A stretch of DNA of 64,000 nucleotides, from assembly GCA_964016885.1 (NCBI GenBank), contig OZ024741.1, forward strand, positions 108,872,001 through 108,936,000, read 5' to 3'. Below, one piece after another: positions 54,763 to 64,000 of the stretch; the first letter of the stretch is position 1, and each line of letters begins with the position of its first letter. The notes beneath the pieces are model-generated. The model was given only the letters and a program-made list of their open reading frames with translations, was not told the DNA's origin and did no database searches. The stretch is from Eledone cirrhosa. Lineage: Eukaryota. The position numbers were made by a program, and so were the translations under genes.

Positions 54763-56200
54763 TCAGCAGGGGACGTCTTCTGCGACCACGCAGTCCGTCA
54801 ATAAATCGACAGCTGGATGAGCAGGGGCTGTAGTGTAAAGGGAGACAACGTCGAGGCTAAAGGCGTCATCCCGTGAAGAAGCGGATAAAATATACATAGC
54901 ATGGACGCCAATATAAAGTTCAGCATGGAACACCCCGATGTCCGCAGATCCCATCCTCATTGGACTTCCAACTCAGGGCAACAGAGGAAGGTGACATCCA
55001 CACCTGCTTCTATAAAAAGGCCGCCACCAGGGACCTGTTCGTACATTTCAGATCAGCCCTCTCAGTCAGCGCTAAGTTCGGATACATAAGGAACGAACTA
55101 CACGTATCCAGAACAAATGCACCGACGCAAGAGACTGGGACACACACACCACACATTTCCTGGAAGTACTTAAACTGAACGGATACCCGACGTCCACCGC
55201 GAACCGTGCCAGAAACAATAGAGGAGACCACACCCGAGGCACTAACACCTGCTTCCTGAAGCTCCCACACTTCAGTAACGAAACAACAACAGCCATCCGC
55301 AGAGCTATCAGGTGAGAGGGACTAGATATCCAGTTAGCCCACTCAGGACCTCCTCTACGCGGACAGCTAACCAAAAGACACTCCACCAGACATGACAGCC
55401 GCTGCAGGCTAGCCAACTGCCCCATCAACGACACAGATCTATGCCACCAGGCTTACGTCGTATACAGATTAGAGTACGACAAATGCAACAATTTCTACAT
55501 AGTTAGCACCACCAGACCACTTCACATTAGAATAAAAGAACACCTCAACACTAACGCTTCCTCATTTAAGAAACACCTAGTGAAATGCAAAAACACCGAC
55601 AAAAACATAATAGTTAGGATAGAAGCTAAGGAAAGAAAGCTCGGTAATCTCAGAATTAAAGAAGACTAATTATAGACAAAACACTACCACCAATCAATAA
55701 CAGACTAGAACTCAACACCCAATTTTTAACATGATAGAGCACGTAGCCCCACACTTACACCTCCACGCACCATCTCACACACACACGCACACACACACGC
55801 ACGCTTACACCTTCACTTATTCTCTCACACACACACATACACACACTTAAACCAGTTTTAACATGATAGAGCATCGAGCCCCCACATTTACATATAAACA
55901 TATCCTCTCACACTCACACACACACACACACACGCACACACGCATGCTTACACCTTCACGTATTCTCCCACACACACTTAGACATACATGTCCAAATCCC
56001 TTTAAAGGGAGACAACCCCTTTATCCACCTAACCTTCACTCTTTGACATTAGAAATAGAATGGAATTTCTATACTATTCCTGTCAGCATGATGGCAAGCT
56101 AATTAGAACACTGGATTAACCCCTTTACTTCCCTCCGAGGAAGAGATATTATCTCGAAGATTAGGATATTCAAATAAATTTAAGGTAAAGGACTAATTGT
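54763..56200 (+). mobile_element. 5'-truncated, 5'-inverted Penelope-like element
   Basis: Inverted AFSLDVVSLYT (RT). Plus strand: IKFSMEH, FYKK, LNGYP, then C-x4-CP ... VVYRLE.DKCNNFYI.STTRPLHIRIKEH (GIY-YIG). Frameshifted. Confidence 0.85.
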
Positions 56201-56285
56201 CAGCGATATCTTTTGCATTTGTATTTATATTCTATATCCATACCTGCATGTTCTGGCCTTCTAACTCCAGACGTTTATATATATA

Positions 56286-56991
56286 TCTATATATATAAAA
56301 GCAAGTCTGTCTGTCTGTGTGTGTGTGTGTCTGTCTGTCTGTGTACAAATACTAGGCTCCTTTTAGCTAGTACTAGGCCGATTTCAACCAAATTTGGCAC
56401 ATATGTTGCTTATATGCCAGAGCAGGTTTTGGACAAAAACAAATTTGAAACAATATCGATATTGGGGCCGAAAAATCGATTGCCTTAAAATGCATTCTAT
56501 CTCATTGCTTACTTGGCAGTTTGACTCGCTATGGCCTCTGAAAATCGTTCTCGGCAACAGTGTCTACGTTTTGATTAACTTAACCTTTTTGCTCATTCTC
56601 ATCGTGTATTCAGGCGGTGAGGGGGAATAGTTGCTTCAAGGAATGATATTTCTATGTCCAGTGCATGGTCAACGTGGTAGTGGCAGCGCCATCTTACGCA
56701 TAGTGTTTAGTCTACTGAAGGACATACGGTGCGTCTATTCCATCTTTATCCCCTTACTCATACCTACTACAGCAAGGCTGGACCTGAAATCATTCACGTC
56801 AATTAACTCAAGCTACCCCATGAATTGTTTTTATGTTGCCGTTTATTTCACTCAATCATGTAACTGTACACCTATTTTGTTAAACTTTTTTTTACAATTA
56901 CATTTCAATTCTTTGCTCAACCTTTGGCTCTCTTTATACGGACAAACAGGCTGTCATTCATTTCCCGAGCAACGCCGGGTACATCTGCTAG
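56286..56991 (+). mobile_element. Non-autonomous Helitron
   Basis: A|TCTATATATATAAAAGC ... CCCGAGCAACGCCGGG-TACATCTG-CTAG|T. Confidence 0.8.
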
Positions 56992-57079
<88 letters not shown>

Positions 57080-57117
57080 TATATATACTCATATATATAT
57101 ATATATATATATATATG

Positions 57118-57290
57118 AAGTGGTTACACGACAGTTAGTTCACCATACCGAGAACAATTGTTTGAAGATCCGCGAAGGTGAAACAATTGTTCTCGGTATG
57201 GTGAACTAACTGTTGTGTAACCATTTCTACCTAACTCGTCCCTTGGACTGAGTGCTCTACCACTACGTATATTACCTTCAAGTGTTCAAC

Positions 57291-57295
<5 letters not shown>
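57118..57295. mobile_element. Family E fold-back element
   Basis: Arms meet at AACAATTGTT-TGAAGATCCGCGAAGGTG-AAACAATTGTT, i.e. at the HHR core. Confidence 0.85.
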
Positions 57296-57343
<48 letters not shown>

Positions 57344-57347
<4 letters not shown>

Positions 57348-57545
57348 AACAAGTAAGACCCCGACGGCTGAGCTCAAGCCGTTTCGACGGCTAATTCTGT
57401 ACTGAATTCAGTACAGAATTAGCCGTCGAAACGGCTTGAGCTCAGCCGTCGGGGTCTTACTTGTTCCTATTACCCACTCTACTACCCTAAGTATTGAGTA
57501 CTTTGGTGCGTTATGGTCCACCTGGTACTTACCACATTTCCTTCG

Positions 57546-57548
<3 letters not shown>
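57344..57548. mobile_element. Family B fold-back element
   Basis: Perfect palindrome 57344-57469 centred on GAATTC, followed by the family B tail. Confidence 0.9.
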
Positions 57549-57585
<37 letters not shown>

Positions 57586-57726
57586 TTAGGTTTGTTACTT
57601 CACCACTGGATAGATTTGGTCATTCCGTATGGTCAATCTTGGTGTAATATTGTGGAGAGTACTCAACGTAGTGCAGTTGACCCGTCTTCGTTTGTGTAGT
57701 TGGTGGTGCGAATACGGAGTTAATTA

Positions 57727-57997
57727 TAAATAAAAATAACAGGAGACTGGATTGGTGTAAATCCTTGAAAGGTTTATTATACTATGATCATTTCAATTTA
57801 TTATTTTTTAATTTAATTTCATCCTATAACTGGTAACATAAGTTTCTGTTCGCACATTAGACCATACAGACACCCATTATATATGCCTTGTTAAAATATA
57901 GATTCTTTAGAATAAGGTTTTTCGCAGCGTTTTCTAGCTTGACTGTAGTGTGACCCTTACGCTGACTTCTTTCTTTCCTTCTTTCTTTTTTCTTCTC

Positions 57998-58039
<42 letters not shown>

Positions 58040-59460
58040 CCTTTTTTATTTTTTATTTTCTATTCTTTGACGGAGAGTAATTCCTCCGATATGTTCTTAT
58101 ATACTTCCGTCTTACTACATCACTACCCTAGCTATGAATACGTTTTATTTTAATTTTATTAATGTATTCTTTATGTTTGTATTTTATCTTTGTATCCCAC
58201 TTTTATTTATTTGTAACTTTCCTTACTCAGCTCATTAAGCACCTTTCATAGCCCCCTACCCACCAAATAACTACACCACTTATAACCTGGACCAACTGGG
58301 ACTTTAAAATAATTATAGTCTATTTGCAATCTTTATTGAGTTTTGCTACCTCCGATTGATGTGGTGGCTATTCCCAGCTGCGCGATGGGCGCTCGGAAAT
58401 TTCTGCCTTCCTTGAGTGCTTGGAAAAATAAATTGCCCCTCTTTCGGTAAACGAAATTACACGGTGCGGCTTGCTTTGCCTCGGGCCCGCCGCGCCAGCT
58501 GTTTTGACCGCCATATTATATTTAAACTCTAGGCTTAGACATAACTGTTAGCTGTATCATGCCTCTACTGGCACGTAAATAAACCCCTCATGTGTGAATT
58601 AATAGTATTCGTTTGTTATTGACGATGGCCTGTCGAAATTGTAGACTTCCCGCTAGCACACCCGGGGCCTAGTGTAGCTACGTTCCTAGAGTACTCGTAA
58701 AAATTAATTTCCATTTCTTTCGCTGGACGATACCACGCGAAACTGGCTGACACGTGGTTAGGAGGTGCTCGCTGGGTTTCACATTCGAAGGCTTTAATCT
58801 TTATCTCATCCTGATATCTTATCGAGATTAACTTTTTCATATAAGACTCTCTCTGTAAGTTCATTAAATCATTTTTTTATTCATTTTCCAATCTTCAATT
58901 TATTATTTTTTAATTTAATTTCATCCTATAACTCGTAACATAAGTTTAACGTTCCAAATTTCTGTTCACACATTAGACCATACAGACACCCTTTATATAT
59001 GCCTTTGTTAAAATATAGATTCTTTAGAATAAGGTTTTTCGCGGCGTTTTCTAACTTGACTGTAGTGTGACCCTTACGCTGACTTCTTTCTTTCTCTTTT
59101 TTTTCTTTTTTTTTCTTCTCTCTTTCTTTCTTTCTTTCTTCCCCTTTTTTATTTTTTATTCTTTGTCGGAGAGTGGTAGTACATTATAAGCCTTCGCTCC
59201 CTCACCAGATGGTCATTAGCAGATCGAATTGCCATCACTTTGAGGGCGACTGGCCGAGGTGAAGACAGCTAGTTGGTCAGTAATCTTCTCTGTCTCTGAT
59301 TTTTCGGACCCATGGTTTTTACATATACATATTCCTTTGTTATATTTCAAATACATGATGATATCACCGTTTTCATATGGAACTCGGTCATTGAAATGAT
59401 CATAGTATAATAAACCTTTCAAGGATTTACACCAGTCCAGCCTCCTGTTATTTTTATTTA
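57727..59460. repeat. Composite: ~70-bp terminal inverted repeats enclosing ~280-bp direct repeats
   Basis: 57727-57797 versus 59388-59458 (inverted); 57792-58078 versus 58894-59174 (direct). Confidence 0.75.
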
Positions 59461-59493
59461 TATATATATATATACATATATATATATACATAT

Positions 59494-59549
<56 letters not shown>

Positions 59550-59554
<5 letters not shown>

Positions 59555-59985
59555 AGTCCCAGATTTCCATGAATATAAGTTAGGTGAAATCGTGAACGAG
59601 AGAGAATAAAGATCATCAAGCCTAGTCGAAATGTGAGCAAGGAAGGAATTCCACACAGGTCAAACGGGAGGAAGAAGGAGTCCAGTCCGTGAATTCGGTG
59701 AACGTAAGTTCTGTGAAATCGTAGACGAGAGAGAGAAAAGGGGAACCAGCCTGGTCAAGCGGGCGCGAGAAAAGAATTACGCACACGTCAAACGGGAGGA
59801 AGTAGGAGAGTTAGTAGCAGAGAGTGAGTGAGTGAAGGGTGAGGAAGAGGCTAACAGAGAGAGTGACTGTTAGAGAGGGTAAAGATACGGAGAAAGAGGA
59901 AGCAGTAAGAACGAAATAGACGGGTCACAGCGGGGGAAAAATATATGTGTGAATATGAGAACAAACGTGCTGCGTGGTTGCATAT
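59550..59985 (-). mobile_element. Family F diverged copy
   Basis: Homologous to 10960-11265 (CACTCACTCACTCTCTGCT, TTCCTCCCGTTTG). Confidence 0.6.
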
Positions 59986-60019
59986 ATATATATATGCATC
60001 CATATTGCATTATTTCAAC

Positions 60020-60120
60020 CCCGCCGAGGTTGACTTTGCCTTTCATCCTTACGGGGTCGATAAAATAAAGTACCAGTAATGCACTGTGTAATTGCTGGCC
60101 TTGTGCCTAAAGTAGAAATA
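60020..60120 (+). mobile_element. SINE family 1, 5'-truncated
   Basis: Conserved tail; ATTATTTCAAC TSD. Confidence 0.85.
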
Positions 60121-60649
60121 ATTATTTCAACAAGGTAATGCTACCTTACATAATACAATGGTTACACCAACAACGATATATTATCTTTGAAGTACAGCGT
60201 TTTGTCTTTTCCCTTCATTCATCAATGATCCGTATGATCGACATACCATTTATGTAATACGATACGACATCGTTATTTTCGGTTTTTCTCCATAACGTAC
60301 CGATACATATTCTCTTCAATTGGTAGTGTAATTCCTTAGATTCTAATTTTAGGTTACTGCATTATTTTCTCCACATCGTTATTTGATTTATTTTAAGTAC
60401 TGCATTAACTGAATATCTATAGCATATACGATCCCAAACACAACTCCATAAACATTTTTGTTTACGAATTAATTATCTCATAAATAAACTTGAGTGTGAC
60501 CCTCGAATTTTCGAACTTACTAAACGCCGAAAAAATAAATTTTAAGAGGCCCTGACGCAGAAAATAACTGCAATTACAGACAATTTCTATAAAATAGCTT
60601 ATACGAATCGAGTAAAGACTCCTAGAGGCGGAAAAATATTGCCAGCGTA

Positions 60650-60866
60650 ATATGGTTTCGGATTTAGGCACGAGGCCAACAATTTGGAGTGAGGGGAAAG
60701 TTGATTAAATCGAAACCAGTGCGTAACTGGTCCTTTATTTTATCCCGGAAGGATGAAACACAAAGTTAACTTCGAGGGAATGTGATCACAGAACGTAAAG
60801 GTTCGTGAATATATGCCGCAAAGCATTTCATCCGACGCTCTAAAGACACTGCCAATCCACCGCCTT
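60650..60866 (-). mobile_element. Diverged full-length SINE family 1
   Basis: Head GGCGGTGGATTGGCAG on the minus strand; diverged body. Confidence 0.75.
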
Positions 60867-61609
60867 TATAATAAATGTAAGAAAATAGAAGTGTGTGGCA
60901 TATATATATAAGAAAAGGAAAAAACTGGTAGATCTATTGCATTTTAAGCGTTGCGGAGCAAACCCATCTCCGTTTACTTCCAGAGAAGTAGATTGAGAAA
61001 GATAGTGTGTGTGTGAGAGAGACAGCCGGGAAGAAAGAGTTATAGAGGAGGATTCGATCCCAGTTCTAGACAGTAAAATGTTCTATCGAACTCGAAAAGA
61101 TGAAAGGTAAAGTTAATCCCGGTGTGATTTGAACTTAAAGCGCAGAGGGTTGGAACGAATAACTCGAGCCATTTTCTATGACGTATTTTATATGACAGAT
61201 ATGTATATCTTGTACAATCAAATATATGTTTCAAATATGACACAAACATAGGCACACGCTAACCAACACTCGCACAAACACAAACACACAGACACACACG
61301 CTCACAAACACTGAATCACACACACAAAAATACACACACAAACAAACTATAACAGACATATCTGCAGGCCACTTTATGTGTTTTGGTCAATAGACAGACA
61401 CATTATTGGTTGCTAAATAATTTCAAATAGCCATCCAAGATTACTACATATGTCTCACATGTCAACGACAACTTCAGTCAACATAGCTAATGGTAAAGAC
61501 TAGTCACGCTATACACTATCAATTATTGACCATCACTTTCTGCCCTCTCCTCCCACACAGAGTGACAGTCTTGTTATGTATAGATAACAGAGTAAATATC
61601 TCTTTTAAG

Positions 61610-61672
<63 letters not shown>

Positions 61673-62269
61673 TGACTCTCCCGTCGCATATCGACATATG
61701 AAGTTCCCAGTTCAATGTTTATGGTTATGCTTTAAATGACACGTTTGTTCATCATGCTGCCTTTTGTACAGTTGACAGAGTGTAGAGCGGAGCATGGTAG
61801 AATGTTTGACTGCATCTTGGTGTTAGATCTTAAATCATGAAGATGGAACAGACGAGATTTTTCAAAGTTCTTTATACCTTCATGGCAAACACATCTCCAT
61901 TTTCCATGGTCAGCAGCTAGGGCGTCATAAGGAGTAAGAGTATATTCACAGATTTAATATTGTACTTCAGTTTATCTTTATATCTGAGTAATGGTCTGCC
62001 TACATTACGAGTTCCATTATGAAGTTGACTCTATAACAATACCTTGACTGTCCAATACCTTAGGACATGAGCAGTCATTTGAATTGGGATTGCATCAGAA
62101 ATGATTTAATCCCACCGATGTTGCACCGGAGATGCTGTTAGAAAATGCATAACCACAAACAAAGTGAGCTCGTCCTACGGCTCATGTGTTCTTCCAATTT
62201 TTGGATACCCCTTACTAAATAACACTAACAAATTTTCTAAATTTTGGTTTGAACTCGGAGACTCAGGTT

Positions 62270-62505
62270 GGTGCTTATCTCGAATTGCGTAGAGTGAAGC
62301 GACTGAGAGTAAATGGCTTTTCCCTGATAAGATACCAGTCTACCGCAAGGTTCAACCCTAAGCAATTACTGGTACTCATTTTCAGCTAAGTATACTGAAG
62401 CAATGTGAAATGAAATATTTTTCTCAAGAACACCACATGCAACCCAACACATAAATCGAACCCATGACATTATGATCTTAAGTTCAGCATTCTTACCACG
62501 CGTCT
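62270..62505 (-). mobile_element. Old tRNA-derived SINE
   Basis: Minus-strand head GTGGTAAGAATGCTGAACTT...GGGTTCGATT; body related to family 2. Confidence 0.5.
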
Positions 62506-62541
62506 CTAATACATATATATACAAATTATACTACAGACACG

Positions 62542-62621
<80 letters not shown>

Positions 62622-62652
62622 GTAGTTTGCTTGAAGCATTGTCTATGATATA

Positions 62653-62748
62653 TAATTGTTTCTACTTTTAGCACAAGGTCAGCAATTATCCAGTACATTA
62701 CTGGTACTTTATTTTATCGACCCCGTAAGGATGAAAGCCAAAGTTAAT
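62653..62748 (-). mobile_element. SINE family 1, 3' fragment
   Basis: Conserved tail. Confidence 0.8.
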
Positions 62749-62797
62749 ATTTCAGACTTCAAATTTTGTTCTTCAATGTATAAAAGAAGTTTCAAAG

Positions 62798-62898
<101 letters not shown>

Positions 62899-64000
62899 GA
62901 GAGACACGGAGAGAATAGGATAAAGAGAGAAAATCATCGGGTAAAGATATGTAATTAGTTCTATTGTATGGCATATTCGCAATATTTCTAATTGTGCATT
63001 TTTACAAATCTGTTCGCTGTTCGTGAAGGCTTCTCTGTTCCGCGCCAAATATTCTTTCCCCTCAATAATCAAGAAAAAAGTGAAATCCATATATACTATA
63101 TATATCCAAACAGACAATAGAACGTATTTTCATCTAGCATATATGATGTGTGAATGTGTTTGTGTGTTTATATATGTATGTCACCATGACAGGCTGCCTT
63201 CGAGTCGCAGTATTTACACAAGATTTTCCCTTAGACTATTCTAATAACGAGAACAGGGGTAATTCATTCCCCGTGGGATATCTGCGCGCTCAAGCACTTT
63301 TCCCATTTTTTCATTTTGCTGCAGCCTATGTAGAAAGGAATGTAATTCCTTGCCAGGGTTAAAAAGTCGCGTCTGTACCACCCATGTGTGAGAAAAGGAT
63401 CAAGTGCTGGCAATTCTCGAAAGCAAAATACAACCATCATCATGTATGTATGTTTGTAAGTATTTGTATTTGTGTTTGCGTATGTATGTATTATGTATGT
63501 ATTTATGTATGTATGTATCTACGCATGTATGTCTTGGTTTGTTATTTCATAAATGTTCACCAAACTTGAGAGAGAGAGACGGTTTCTTAGACTCTTCATT
63601 GGAAGACCAGTCAACATCCACTAGGTAAATATGTATACATGTTTGTATGCGTATGTGAGAGTGCGTTAGCAAGTGTGGGTTATTGTATGTGAGGTCAGTA
63701 TATTTTGAGTTATATGTGTACACATTTGTTTATGTATCTATACATGTGTATAATCTGTTATTCCGTGCTAAATCTCTGAAATGTTTTACATATTTTTATA
63801 GTTCCATTTATGAATTGTTTGCTCTTTCTCATTCCATTAATGGAGTGTGCGTGTTTGTCTTGTTCTCGGAAGCCCAGCTTCTCAAGGTTTGTATTAAGGC
63901 ATGTGTGTATGTACATATGTATGTACATATGTATGTATGTATGTACATATGTAAGTATGCATATGTGCATGCATGCACGTATATGTATGTAGTTATGTAT

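Overview
AT-rich eukaryotic DNA, almost entirely repeat-derived, with dozens of (TA)n/(CA)n/(CT)n tracts. The SINE tails and microsatellite load suggest an octopod cephalopod (inference). No convincing host gene exon was found, and most listed ORFs are microsatellite translations. The window holds decayed non-LTR retrotransposons (RTE, Tx1-like, R4-like, CRE-like), two tRNA-derived SINE families, non-autonomous Helitrons and many Penelope-like element (PLE) derivatives. The main signal is at least a dozen unrelated sequence families carrying minimal type-I hammerhead ribozyme (HHR) motifs, folded by eye. Most sit at (TA)n tracts as fold-back inverted repeats with one polarity: ribozyme strand minus in the left arm, plus in the right arm. 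Three non-coding tandem arrangements (about 660, 420 and 700 bp units) carry an HHR in the unit and look like retrozymes that could yield circular RNAs. Coordinates were read manually, and element ends may be off by a few to tens of bases.
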